Below are positions 28,459-38,456 of a stretch of DNA of 45,530 bases, in pieces. A model generated the notes under the pieces. The model searched no databases, was not told the DNA's origin, and worked only from the letters and a program-made list of their open reading frames with translations. The position numbers and the translations under genes are program-made. Positions within the stretch are counted from its first letter, which is position 1; the number at the start of each line of letters is the position of its first letter. The stretch spans positions 1-45,530 of the forward strand of contig JAHJBU010000003.1 of the NCBI GenBank assembly GCA_018813375.1, in the 5' to 3' direction. Origin of the DNA: Patescibacteria group bacterium (GTDB lineage Bacteria; Patescibacteriota; Microgenomatia; UBA1400; PJMF01).

Positions 28459-30246
28459 ATGGTCAGTAAATATTCTCGGTCTCACTCTACTTTAGCCAAA
28501 ACTCCAGCGAGGAATAAAATTATTTTAATTGGAATTTATCTAGGATTACTAACTGTTTTGTTTCGACTCTTTTATTGGCAGATAATTAAAGGTTCTTGGC
28601 TTAAATCAGCTGCACTTGATCAATACGAGCGCACTTTAATTACTCAAGGTCAAAGAGGACATATCTACACCAATGATAGCCATCTATTAGTTGGCAACAC
28701 AACCAGATATCACTTGGTTAGCTACCCCTATCTCTTAGAAAAATCTCCAGCAGAAATTTCTCAAGCAATTTTACCTCTTCTGCTTAATGATCTAGAAGAA
28801 TATAAAGAATCCACAGATGAAGCTAAAAAAAAGGAGTTAAAAACTCAGCTTGCTGTAAAAATTGAACAACAGCTCAATAAAAATGATGCTAAATGGGTTT
28901 CTTTATTACCAAACCTTTCTGAAAAAACAAAAATTGACCTTTCCGCCCTGAATATAGTTGGGTTAGATTTTGAACAAAACATGATCAGACTCTACCCAGA
29001 GGCTTCAATGGCTGCTCACATAACTGGATTTGTTGGTAAAAACGAACAGGGACAACCAATTGGCTACTTTGGAATTGAGGGGGCCCTTAATAAAGAACTG
29101 TCTGGAAAAAAAAGAAAAACTACCTTTTCTACAGATGCATTGGGATTCTCATTTCTTGGATTAAACTCAGCTAAAACTAGCTCAACTCAGGGTAGAGATG
29201 TGACTCTAACTATCCAAAGAGACATCCAAGCTCTTGTGGAATCTGCACTACAAAAAGGTCTAGAGCAATATGGTGCAAAAGCCGGAGAAGTCATTATTAT
29301 TAATCCACAAACTGGAGAAATATTAGCTCTGGCAGCTGAGCCTAAATTTGATCAATCAACCTACAATAAATTTGAACAATATTTGTACAAAAATCCAACT
29401 TTGAATAACATGTTTGAGCCAGGATCAATCTTAAAAATACTAACTGTAGCATCTGGTATCGATTCTGGAGTAATAAATCCAGAAACAAAATGCACTAACT
29501 GCGATAAACCTAGGGTAATTGGCAAATACACCATTAGAACCTGGAATGACGAGTATCATCCAGAAATAAATATAACTAATGCTTTAGCTAAATCTGACAA
29601 CATTGCCATGATTTTTGTTGCGGAAAAAATGGGCTCAGAAATCTTTAAAAAATATTTAGAAGATTTTGGAATTGGAGAAAAACTCGATATTGAATTAAGC
29701 GGTGATACCGATACTCCTTTCCCTGAAAAATGGGGGCCTGTAGAATTAGCAACCAGATCATTTGGTCAAGGGATTAGCACTACTAGCTTACAGATGATCA
29801 GAGCTGTAGCCACTATCGCCAACCAAGGAATAATGATGCAGCCACAAATCATTAAAAAAGTACAAGATCCAAATGAAGATGAAATTATTGTCTATCCCAA
29901 AAAAGTCAGACAAGTAATTTCTCCTGAAACTGCGCAACAAGTAACAGAAATGATGGTTAATGCTGCCAAAAGCGGTGAGGCTCAGTGGACCTATTCTAAA
30001 ACTCATTCTGTGGCTGCTAAAACCGGTACTTCTCAAATTCCAGCGCAAAAAGGTGGGTATCAAAAAGATGCTACCATCGCTAGCTTTATTGGTTTTGCTC
30101 CACCAGAAAATCCTCAATTTTTGATGTTGGTTAAACTAATTGAACCACAAAGCTCCCCGTGGGCCGCAGAAACAGCTGCCCCACTTTGGTATAAAATTGC
30201 TGAAAAACTTTTTCTTAGCCTAAACATTCCTCCTGATCACCAATAA
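28459..30246 (+). CDS. ftsI: Class B penicillin-binding protein (FtsI/PBP3-like transpeptidase)
   Basis: RLFYWQ, RG.IY, R.YPE, G.EG, EPGSILK (SxxK), SDN (SxN), KTGT. Confidence 0.9.
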   Translation: MVSKYSRSHSTLAKTPARNKIILIGIYLGLLTVLFRLFYWQIIKGSWLKSAALDQYERTLITQGQRGHIYTNDSHLLVGNTTRYHLVSYPYLLEKSPAEISQAILPLLLNDLEEYKESTDEAKKKELKTQLAVKIEQQLNKNDAKWVSLLPNLSEKTKIDLSALNIVGLDFEQNMIRLYPEASMAAHITGFVGKNEQGQPIGYFGIEGALNKELSGKKRKTTFSTDALGFSFLGLNSAKTSSTQGRDVTLTIQRDIQALVESALQKGLEQYGAKAGEVIIINPQTGEILALAAEPKFDQSTYNKFEQYLYKNPTLNNMFEPGSILKILTVASGIDSGVINPETKCTNCDKPRVIGKYTIRTWNDEYHPEINITNALAKSDNIAMIFVAEKMGSEIFKKYLEDFGIGEKLDIELSGDTDTPFPEKWGPVELATRSFGQGISTTSLQMIRAVATIANQGIMMQPQIIKKVQDPNEDEIIVYPKKVRQVISPETAQQVTEMMVNAAKSGEAQWTYSKTHSVAAKTGTSQIPAQKGGYQKDATIASFIGFAPPENPQFLMLVKLIEPQSSPWAAETAAPLWYKIAEKLFLSLNIPPDHQ

Positions 30247-30267
30247 TCTGAGTTATAATCAATATGT

Positions 30268-31485
30268 ATGAAAACATACCTAGCTCAACTAATATACAAA
30301 CTCAAGCGCCCCTTTCATTTTTTCAAAACTGGTTTATTAAAAGGATTTGCAGGACAGATCAAATATAAGTTTCCTGCCAAAGAGTTAAAAATCATTGCTA
30401 TCACTGGCACTGATGGTAAAACCACCTCCGCAACCTTGCTTTATCACGTCTTAAAAAAATCAGGTAAAAAAGTCGGTCTTATCTCAACCGTAGCAGCTTA
30501 TATAGGAGCCCAAAAAATTACTACTGGTCTTCATGTCACCTCCCCAGATCCTTTCCAACTTCATAAACTACTGCGCAGAATGGCTAATAAAAAAATAGAA
30601 TATGTAGTCTTAGAAATTACTTCTCACGGAGCATATCAATATCGAAATTGGGGAATTAAACCCATTATTGCTGGACTAACTAACATTGCCCACGAACACC
30701 TTGATTATCACTTAATACTAGATGAATATATTAAGGCTAAAATCTTAGTTTTAAAAAAAGCCAAAACAATAATTCTAAATAGAGATGACAGCAATTATCA
30801 AAAAGTTGCATCACGCTTAAATACCGATAAAATTTTAACTTATAGTCTTAAAGATAGATTGGCTCCGGTAGTAGCAGGCGCAATTAAAGATCGTTTTGTA
30901 GAAGAATATAATTGGCTAAATGCCCGCCTAGTTTACGCCATTTTGAAAAACCTAGGCATTGATAATAAAAAAATATCTGAGTCTATAAAAAGCTTTCCAG
31001 AAATTCCAGGCAGAATGCAAGAAATTGAAATTAAAAAAAAATTTCGAGTGATTGTTGATTTTGCTCACACTCCTCAGGGAGTAGAAGCGGCATTAACAGC
31101 GCTTAAAAAACAACTCAGTAGAGAGGAAGGGCGCTTAATTGCTGTATACGGAACAGCAGGACTTAGAGATCATCAAAAGCGACCTTTAATGGGTAAAATT
31201 GGAGCCAAGCTTGCCGACCTAGTTATCTTTACAGCAGAAGATCCTCGTACTGAAGACGTGTGGTCGATTATTCGCCAGCTCAAAGAAAATTTACATGATG
31301 ACTTAGACAAAATTATGAGTATTGCAGATCGCAGAGAGGCTATTGAATTTGCCCTCACTAAGATAGCAAAAAAAGGCGATATTGTTGCTATTTTAGGCAA
31401 AGGGCATGAGCAATCTATGTGTTACGGAAAAACTGAATATCCATGGAGTGATGAAAAAGTAGTCAAAGAAATTCTTAAAAAATGA
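30268..31485 (+). CDS. murE: UDP-N-acetylmuramyl-tripeptide synthetase (MurE-like, compact)
   Basis: ITGTDGKTT, LEITSHG, TNI.HEHLDYH, PGRM, VDFAHTP, KRP.MG, EDPR.E, GKGHE. Confidence 0.88.
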   Translation: MKTYLAQLIYKLKRPFHFFKTGLLKGFAGQIKYKFPAKELKIIAITGTDGKTTSATLLYHVLKKSGKKVGLISTVAAYIGAQKITTGLHVTSPDPFQLHKLLRRMANKKIEYVVLEITSHGAYQYRNWGIKPIIAGLTNIAHEHLDYHLILDEYIKAKILVLKKAKTIILNRDDSNYQKVASRLNTDKILTYSLKDRLAPVVAGAIKDRFVEEYNWLNARLVYAILKNLGIDNKKISESIKSFPEIPGRMQEIEIKKKFRVIVDFAHTPQGVEAALTALKKQLSREEGRLIAVYGTAGLRDHQKRPLMGKIGAKLADLVIFTAEDPRTEDVWSIIRQLKENLHDDLDKIMSIADRREAIEFALTKIAKKGDIVAILGKGHEQSMCYGKTEYPWSDEKVVKEILKK

Positions 31486-32867
31486 GCTTACTTAATTTTA
31501 ATAATTTTTACTTAGTCGGTATAAAAGGTGTGGCCATGACCTCAATGGCGCAGTTATTAATTGATGCTAATAAAAAAGTTTCTGGCAGTGATCTGAAAGA
31601 AGAGTTTGTTACTCAAGAAATTTTAAATAAACTTAAAATCGATATTGATACTGACTTTAACACTCTTTTGCCAGAAAAAACCGAGTGCGTCATCTACACC
31701 GCCGCCCACCAAGCTAAACACAATCCTCAGGTAAAAAAAGCCATAGATAAAAATATTCCAGTTATTTCTCAAGCAGAAGCGGTAGCTGAGCTATTTAACT
31801 CTAAACAAGGTATCGCAGTATGTGGGGTTGGCGGTAAAAGCACTGTCTCGGCCATGATTGCCTGGATATTAGAAAAACTAGGCCACCAACCATCATTTTC
31901 CATCGGAGTAGGAAATATTCCAGGATTAAATAAAACTGGCCAATGGAATAACCAAAGCAAATATTTTGTGATTGAGGCTGATGAATACGTCATTAACCCA
32001 GAGCGGGGGATAAATGCCACTGCACGATTTTCATTTCTTAAACCCAATCTAACTATATGTACCAATCTTAAGTTTGACCATCCTGATGTTTATCGTGACT
32101 TTAAACATACCCAGCAAGTTTTTAATAATTTTTTTACTCAAACCACGGGAAAACTAATTATCAACTATCAAGATTTAAATAAGTTAATTGATCAAACTAT
32201 ACCAATATTATCATTTGGTGAAGACTCTAAAGCAGACATTTGTTTAAAAAATTATCAATCGCAACGGGGAGAAACAACTACAAAGCTAAAATATTTAAAT
32301 CAGAACTACCAACTAAAACTTAAAATACCAGGAAAATATAATGTAATGAATGCTCTCGCAGCTATTCTTGCCGTAACACAGATTAAAATTGACCCACAGC
32401 AAGCCATAGATGCTCTTTACACATTTCACTCTACCAAACGTCGGTTTGAGTATGTTGGAGAAAAAAATGGAGTCAAGTACTATGATGATTACGCGCACCA
32501 TCCTCATGAGGTTAAGGCAGTAATAACAGCTCTGAATGATTGGTATCCTCATCAGAGGAAAATTATTGCTTTTCAGTCTCATACTTATTCGCGAACAAAA
32601 AAACTTTTTAATGATTTTATTAATGCTTTTCAAAAAGCTGATGAAGTACTAATGATTGATATTTTTAGCTCAGCGAGAGAAAGTGTTGATCTATTAGTTA
32701 CCAGCACTAAACTCTGCAAGGCTATAGAAACTAAATACAAAATTCCTTCACATAATCTAAAAACTATTAAAAATTTAGCCAAATATTGTAAAGATAAACT
32801 CGAGGCTGGAGATGTTATAATCACTATTGGAGCAGGTGATATTTATCAAGTTCATGAGTTGATATAA
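31482..32867 (+). CDS. murC: UDP-N-acetylmuramate--L-alanine ligase
   Basis: VGIKGVAM..A, GSD, G..GKST, EADEY, DHPDVY, RRFE, DDYAHHP.E, FQ.HTYSRT, GAGD. Confidence 0.92.
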   Translation: MSLLNFNNFYLVGIKGVAMTSMAQLLIDANKKVSGSDLKEEFVTQEILNKLKIDIDTDFNTLLPEKTECVIYTAAHQAKHNPQVKKAIDKNIPVISQAEAVAELFNSKQGIAVCGVGGKSTVSAMIAWILEKLGHQPSFSIGVGNIPGLNKTGQWNNQSKYFVIEADEYVINPERGINATARFSFLKPNLTICTNLKFDHPDVYRDFKHTQQVFNNFFTQTTGKLIINYQDLNKLIDQTIPILSFGEDSKADICLKNYQSQRGETTTKLKYLNQNYQLKLKIPGKYNVMNALAAILAVTQIKIDPQQAIDALYTFHSTKRRFEYVGEKNGVKYYDDYAHHPHEVKAVITALNDWYPHQRKIIAFQSHTYSRTKKLFNDFINAFQKADEVLMIDIFSSARESVDLLVTSTKLCKAIETKYKIPSHNLKTIKNLAKYCKDKLEAGDVIITIGAGDIYQVHELI

Positions 32868-32882
32868 AATATCCTTATATCT

Positions 32883-33845
32883 ATGTCTATTTTGACTCAG
32901 CTTAAACAGGCTTTTCCTCAGCTTAATTTCAAGCCTAATTTTCTATTAGCACCTCAGACTTATTCTAAAATTGGTGGTCAGGCTGAAGTTTACCTAGAAC
33001 TTAAAAAACGTCAACAAATTATTGAAATAATAAATTTCTGTAAAAACAAAAACATTAAGTTGACTCTTCTGGGAGGGGCTAGCAACGTAATTATTGATGA
33101 TCGGGGAATTTCCGGCTTAGTACTTCATTTAAAAAACAATAAGTTAATCAAGCTAGACAAAAGCACCATTGATGGAAAAAAGCTTATTCAGGCTGAAGCA
33201 GGTCTGAAAACATCACTTTTGGTTAAAAAAGTAATTGATTTGGGGTACTTTGGTCTAGAATATTTTTTAGGAATTCCCGGCACAGTTGGTGGTGCTATTT
33301 ATAATAATGCTCATTATTTAGAAAACTTAATTAGTGAGCACATTAACCGAGTAGAAATCATCGATCAACAAAATAAAGTTAAATGGATAAGTAAAAAAGA
33401 TTGCGAATTTCGCTATGGCTCATCTCGCTTTCAAAAAACTCAAGAAATTATCCTAAGAGTTGAGTTTGTATTAAAAAAAGGAAGCAAAGAAAAATCGCAT
33501 AAACTTGTGCAAAAAGCAACTCAATACCGAGCAAAAACCCAACCTCTGGGTAAACCTAGCTCAGGATGCATTTTTAAAAATACACCAAATACCCCAGAGC
33601 TAAAAAAACTTTTTCCTCAATTTAAAAATCAACAATTTGTTTCAGCTGGTTTTTTAATCGACCGCGCTGGTCTAAAGGGCGTCAGAGTCGGTGATGTAGA
33701 AGTATCTAAAAAACATGCTGCTTTTTTCATTAATCAAGGCAAAGGAACAGCAACTGATTTAAAAAAGCTAATTAAGTTAGTTAAACAAAAAATAAAACAA
33801 AAATTTAACATTAATTTGCAAGAAGAAATATTTTACTTGTCTTAA
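32883..33845 (+). CDS. murB: UDP-N-acetylenolpyruvoylglucosamine reductase
   Basis: KIGG.A, LGG.SN, GLE...GIPGTVGGA..NNA, QP...PS.GC.FKN, AG.LID.AGLKG, S.KHA.F. Confidence 0.95.
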   Translation: MSILTQLKQAFPQLNFKPNFLLAPQTYSKIGGQAEVYLELKKRQQIIEIINFCKNKNIKLTLLGGASNVIIDDRGISGLVLHLKNNKLIKLDKSTIDGKKLIQAEAGLKTSLLVKKVIDLGYFGLEYFLGIPGTVGGAIYNNAHYLENLISEHINRVEIIDQQNKVKWISKKDCEFRYGSSRFQKTQEIILRVEFVLKKGSKEKSHKLVQKATQYRAKTQPLGKPSSGCIFKNTPNTPELKKLFPQFKNQQFVSAGFLIDRAGLKGVRVGDVEVSKKHAAFFINQGKGTATDLKKLIKLVKQKIKQKFNINLQEEIFYLS

Positions 33846-33855
33846 AAGGAGAACT

Positions 33856-35178
33856 ATGAGTACTTACGTCATTACTGGTGGCACTCCACTTTATGGGTCA
33901 GTTAGAGTTGGTGGAGCTAAAAATGCCTCATATAAAATTATGATTGCTGCTCTACTTGGAAACTCTCCCTCCAGATTGCTAAATTTTAGCCGCATTAGTG
34001 ATGTCAAGCAGGTAGCAAAAATCATTAATTCACTTGGAGCTAATGCTAAAACTATGGGTGAGAGAGCTTACTTAATTGACCCCAAAGGCTTAAATAATGA
34101 TTCTTTAGATACTAGTTTTGGTCAAGCTTCTAGAGCTGCAACCATGTTAATCCCAATTCTACTTGATCGCTTTAGTAGAGCGGTGGTGCCCTATCCAGGA
34201 GGAGACAAAATAGGTAAACGACCACTAGAAAGACACTTTAAGGGATTAATGGCTTTAGGTGCAAAAATTAAAACAAAGGGAAATCTTATTGAGGTTACTG
34301 CTCCGCAATTGATAGGAGGACATTATAAATTTGAAAAAAATACTCATACTGGGACTGAAACCCTGATTATGGCTGCTGTCAAAGCCCAAGGTCTAACCTT
34401 ATTAGAAAATGCAGCTGAAGAAACCGAAGTTGATGATCTAATCAAATTTCTAAACAGTATGGGCGCTAAAATTAAACGCACCAAATCTAGAACCATAGAA
34501 ATTCAAGGAGTTAAAAAACTTAGTGGAGCTATTCATAAAATAATGCCTGACCAAAACCAGGTAGTTTCATTTGCCTGCGCTGCCCTGGCAACCAAAGGTG
34601 ATATCATCGTTGAAAACGCCAAGAGCAAAGATATCCAAGCATTTCTCAAAGAATTAGATAATATCAGTGGTGGTTACGAGATAGGAAATTATGGCATTCG
34701 TTTTTTCTATAAAAAACCGCTCGTAGCTCATAACTTAGCGACAGCACCTCATCCTGGTTTTAAAACTGACTGGCAACCTCTGTGGACTGCTTTAATTACT
34801 CAGGCTGAAGGAATAAGTATTGTTCATGAAACAGTCTCTCAAAACCGTTTTAAATACACTCAAGCTCTGCAAAAAATGGGAGCAGATATTCAGTTATTTA
34901 ACCCAAAAATAGAAAATCCAACAGAAATATATAATTTCAATATTAAAGATATAAAAAAAGAAGATAAACATGCGGCAAAAATTACTGGAAAAACAAATTT
35001 AACAGGAGGTGAATTTGAGGTTGAAGATTTACGCCATGGAGCTACTTTATTAATAGCTGGTATGGTTGCTCAAGGAGAAACTATTCTCAAAGATCCTAAA
35101 AACCACATTAATCGCGGCTATGAAAATCTAGATCAACTTTTTAAAACTATGGGTGCTAAGATCAAAAGATTAGATTAA
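33856..35178 (+). CDS. murA: UDP-N-acetylglucosamine 1-carboxyvinyltransferase (Cys->Asp variant)
   Basis: GAKNA, PGGDKIG.RP...H, TETL.MAA, ENAA.E.EV.DL, PHPGFKTD.Q, DLR.GA, RGYE; AAGGAG RBS. Confidence 0.95.
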   Translation: MSTYVITGGTPLYGSVRVGGAKNASYKIMIAALLGNSPSRLLNFSRISDVKQVAKIINSLGANAKTMGERAYLIDPKGLNNDSLDTSFGQASRAATMLIPILLDRFSRAVVPYPGGDKIGKRPLERHFKGLMALGAKIKTKGNLIEVTAPQLIGGHYKFEKNTHTGTETLIMAAVKAQGLTLLENAAEETEVDDLIKFLNSMGAKIKRTKSRTIEIQGVKKLSGAIHKIMPDQNQVVSFACAALATKGDIIVENAKSKDIQAFLKELDNISGGYEIGNYGIRFFYKKPLVAHNLATAPHPGFKTDWQPLWTALITQAEGISIVHETVSQNRFKYTQALQKMGADIQLFNPKIENPTEIYNFNIKDIKKEDKHAAKITGKTNLTGGEFEVEDLRHGATLLIAGMVAQGETILKDPKNHINRGYENLDQLFKTMGAKIKRLD

Positions 35179-35187
35179 ACTACAGTT

Positions 35188-36222
35188 ATGGCATTACTCT
35201 TAGGTCTCCTATTATTTTCTTTTATTGTAACTAGCATCACGATTGTGCCATTTATCAATCTTTTATATCGGCTTAAATTTCAAAGAGCCGATCAGGTTAC
35301 TAGAGACGCTTTTGGTAAAAAAACTCCAATTTTTGATAAATTTCATTCTCAAAAAGCAGGTACTCCCGTTGGAGGAGGGCTACTAGTTATTGCTTTAGTT
35401 TCAATTCTATTTGCAACTATTTTACCCATACTAGGCTTTTTAGGCATAGAGGTAACTAGTGTTTATCAAAGTGCTCAAGCTGAAATAAACATCCTATTTT
35501 TTACTTTTTTGTCATTTTCACTCTTAGGACTTTACGACGATGTAAAAAAATTCTTCGGGTTTAATCAAAGTGGATTCTTTGGGATGAGAATGAGAGTAAA
35601 ATTATTTTTACAAATTATTTTAGCAGTGATTGTCTCATGCATGATGTATTTCTCACTAGGAATTTCAATTCTACACATTCCTTTCATTGGAACGTTTCAG
35701 CTGGGAATTTTCTTCATCCCTTTTGCCACCTTTGTGATTGTGGCTTTTGCTAATGCAGTTAACATCACCGATGGGCTTGATGGCTTAGCCTCAGGAATAC
35801 TATTAATTTCTTTATTTGGGCTGTGGTTTTTGTCAGCATCAATTCTAGATATACCATTGTCAATTTTTATCGCCATGTGGCTGGGATCTTTAATTTCATT
35901 CTTATACTTTAACGTTTTTCCAGCTAGATTATTTATGGGCGATGTAGGCTCATTATCATTTGGAGCAACTTTAGCTGTAATTGGTTTACTGTTGGGCAAA
36001 ACTGTTGCTTTGATTATTATTGGCTTTATTTTTGTTTTAGAAATAAGTAGCTCTGCCATGCAATTACTTTCAAAGAAATATTTAGGTAAAAAAATCATTC
36101 CTGCTACACCATTTCATTTATTTCTCCAATACCATGGTTGGGAAGAGCCCAAGATAGTCCAAAGAGCTTGGTTAGTTCAAATTATGCTAACATTATTTGG
36201 CGTTTGGCTGGCAGTGATATAA
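35188..36222 (+). CDS. mraY: Phospho-N-acetylmuramoyl-pentapeptide transferase
   Basis: K.GTP.GGG, G.YDD..K, NAVNITDGLDGLA, PA.LFMGD.GS, P.H.......GW.E.KIV.R. Confidence 0.95.
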   Translation: MALLLGLLLFSFIVTSITIVPFINLLYRLKFQRADQVTRDAFGKKTPIFDKFHSQKAGTPVGGGLLVIALVSILFATILPILGFLGIEVTSVYQSAQAEINILFFTFLSFSLLGLYDDVKKFFGFNQSGFFGMRMRVKLFLQIILAVIVSCMMYFSLGISILHIPFIGTFQLGIFFIPFATFVIVAFANAVNITDGLDGLASGILLISLFGLWFLSASILDIPLSIFIAMWLGSLISFLYFNVFPARLFMGDVGSLSFGATLAVIGLLLGKTVALIIIGFIFVLEISSSAMQLLSKKYLGKKIIPATPFHLFLQYHGWEEPKIVQRAWLVQIMLTLFGVWLAVI

Positions 36223-36230
36223 ACTTATTG

Positions 36231-36258
36231 CATGGGTAAAAAGACATGGGTAAAAAGA
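36231..36258 (+). repeat. Perfect 14-nt tandem duplication spanning the ftsW start codon
   Basis: CATGGGTAAAAAGA at 36231-36244 and 36245-36258. Confidence 0.9.
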
Positions 36259-37331
36259 ATCAATTAGTTTTATCTCTCTCTACCTGGTTAACTTCATCGA
36301 TTCTTATTTTAACTTTACTTGGCCTACTATTTGTTTTTGATGCTTCAGTGGCAGAAGCTTTTAATACTTTTGGCAATCAATATCATTTTCTCAAACAGCA
36401 TCTAGTTTGGACAGGACTGGGGTTAATAATTATGACGCTGGCTAGATTTATTCCGCTCTCTCTTTGGAAAAAAACATCTAAATTTATCTATGTTTTTGGC
36501 CTATTAACCTTACTTCTGGTTTTTATTCCTGGGGTTGGCAGAGAGTTCAACGGTGCTCATCGCTGGATATTTTTTGGTGATTTCAGATTTCAACCAGTTG
36601 AGTCATTTAAATTAATTACAATAATTTTTTTTGCTAAATGGATGAGTGAACATCAAAAACTATTGCCTTTTCTATTTACTACCGGACTACCAGCTTTGTT
36701 AATATTACTCCAGCCTGATCTAGGCTCATTGTTAGTTATTGGTAGCATCGCCTTTGGAATGTTTTTTTTAGCAGGTGGAAAGCTTCCTCATATTTTAGGA
36801 ATTTTAGGAATTGCAATTCTTATCCTTACTATTGCCATACTAAGCTCCAGCTATAGAAAAGAAAGACTAACAACCTTTCTTAACCCCCAAGCTGATCCAT
36901 TAGGAGCTGGGTTTCATATTAGACAAATTACTCTTGCTCTTGGCCAAGGAGGTTGGTTTGGCCAAGGAATTAGTAATTCAAAACAAAAATTTTCCTACAT
37001 CCCAGAAGCAAGTACAGATTCTATTTTTGCCATCATTGCAGAAGAAATTGGCTTTATTGGTTCTACTGCAATTCTAACTCTATTTACCCTTTATTTTTAT
37101 TTTGCAGCTAAAACTGTTAGTCTAGCCACAAATGAATTTAGCCAATTACTGGGATGGGGAATAATTATCTGGATAGCATCTCAAACCTTGTTAAATCTAG
37201 CTGCGGTGGTTGCTCTAGTGCCATTAACTGGCTTGCCACTGCCTTTTTTATCTTACGGCGGCTCTTCTCTAGTGATGATTCTATTAGCCAATGGCATTCT
37301 TCTTCGCATTGGCAAAGAGTATAATAAATAG
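36246..37331 (+). CDS. ftsW: SEDS-family peptidoglycan polymerase FtsW
   Basis: NGA.RWI, FQP.E..K, QPDLGS, QI.LA.G.GG..G.G, PEA.TDSIF....EE.G, P.TG.PLPFLSYGGSS; lies between mraY and murG. Confidence 0.93.
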   Translation: MGKKNQLVLSLSTWLTSSILILTLLGLLFVFDASVAEAFNTFGNQYHFLKQHLVWTGLGLIIMTLARFIPLSLWKKTSKFIYVFGLLTLLLVFIPGVGREFNGAHRWIFFGDFRFQPVESFKLITIIFFAKWMSEHQKLLPFLFTTGLPALLILLQPDLGSLLVIGSIAFGMFFLAGGKLPHILGILGIAILILTIAILSSSYRKERLTTFLNPQADPLGAGFHIRQITLALGQGGWFGQGISNSKQKFSYIPEASTDSIFAIIAEEIGFIGSTAILTLFTLYFYFAAKTVSLATNEFSQLLGWGIIIWIASQTLLNLAAVVALVPLTGLPLPFLSYGGSSLVMILLANGILLRIGKEYNK

Positions 37332-37334
37332 ATA

Positions 37335-38456
37335 ATGAAAATCATCATTTCTGGCGGACACCTCACACCAGCCCTAGCCTTCATAGATTTTATTAAAAAA
37401 AATTATCCACGAGATGAAATAATATTTGTAGGAAGAATCTTTAGCCAAACAAAACTCCAGCAATTCGCTCAAGAAAAAAAAGAAGTTTCTCAAAAAGGAG
37501 TTAGATTTATTCCTCTAAAGGCTATCAGGATCTCAAAGACACGATCTTTTATTCAAAAGCTTACTACTTTAGCAATATTTTTCAAGTCAGTCCTAGCATC
37601 ATGGTTAATTTTCATTAAAGAAAAACCAACTATTTTAATTTCATTTGGGGGTTATCTAGCTATTCCTTTAACAATTGCCGCTAAATTAACCAAAACTCCC
37701 ATCATCACTCATGAACAAACTCACTGCGCTGGCATTGCTAATCAATTAATAGCCAGGTTTGCACAAAAGGTAGCCATTTCACACCCGTCATCAGCAAAAT
37801 ACTTTCCTTTAAACAAAACTGTTTTGACAGGCAATCTAATTAGACCCGAGCTTCTGAAAAAAACTACTAAAAAACCTAAGTGGATAAACCAAGCTCTTTT
37901 AAAACCAATCTTGCTAATCACTGGTGGCAACCAAGGCTCATGGATTATTAACCAAACTATTAAAGAATCATTAATTGAGCTGACTAAAGATTGGACAGTG
38001 ATCCATCTCTGCGGTCAAGCAAGCTCTAAAAGAGATTATAAAAAAGAACTAAGCTTAGCTATTAAAAAATTACCAATTACCCAACAAAAAAATTACTATG
38101 TAGTTGAGTGGGCAAATGCAGAAGATATAGCTTGGGTTTACAATCACGCCCAAGTAGCTATCTCAAGAGCAGGAGCTAATACCACAATGGAGCTAACCAT
38201 TAAAAAAATTCCGACAATATTTATACCCCTGCCTTTCTCTCATCATGATGAGCAAAACAAGAATGCTCAATTCTTAGTTAATCAAAGAGCAGCAGAATTG
38301 ATTCCTCAGAAACAACTATCATCAAATACTTTAATTAAAAAACTTAAGCAAATTAAGGATAGACGATTAAAAATTATTAGTAATTTAAACCAAATCAAAA
38401 TTCCAACTAATGCCCCAAAACTGCTTTATCAACTGACCATGGAAGTCTCTTCGTGA
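37335..38456 (+). CDS. murG: Undecaprenyl-PP-MurNAc-pentapeptide GlcNAc transferase
   Basis: GGHLTPA, FGGY...P, HEQ...G.AN, GN.IR, GG.QGS, SRAGA.T..E, EQ.KNA. Confidence 0.93.
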   Translation: MKIIISGGHLTPALAFIDFIKKNYPRDEIIFVGRIFSQTKLQQFAQEKKEVSQKGVRFIPLKAIRISKTRSFIQKLTTLAIFFKSVLASWLIFIKEKPTILISFGGYLAIPLTIAAKLTKTPIITHEQTHCAGIANQLIARFAQKVAISHPSSAKYFPLNKTVLTGNLIRPELLKKTTKKPKWINQALLKPILLITGGNQGSWIINQTIKESLIELTKDWTVIHLCGQASSKRDYKKELSLAIKKLPITQQKNYYVVEWANAEDIAWVYNHAQVAISRAGANTTMELTIKKIPTIFIPLPFSHHDEQNKNAQFLVNQRAAELIPQKQLSSNTLIKKLKQIKDRRLKIISNLNQIKIPTNAPKLLYQLTMEVSS

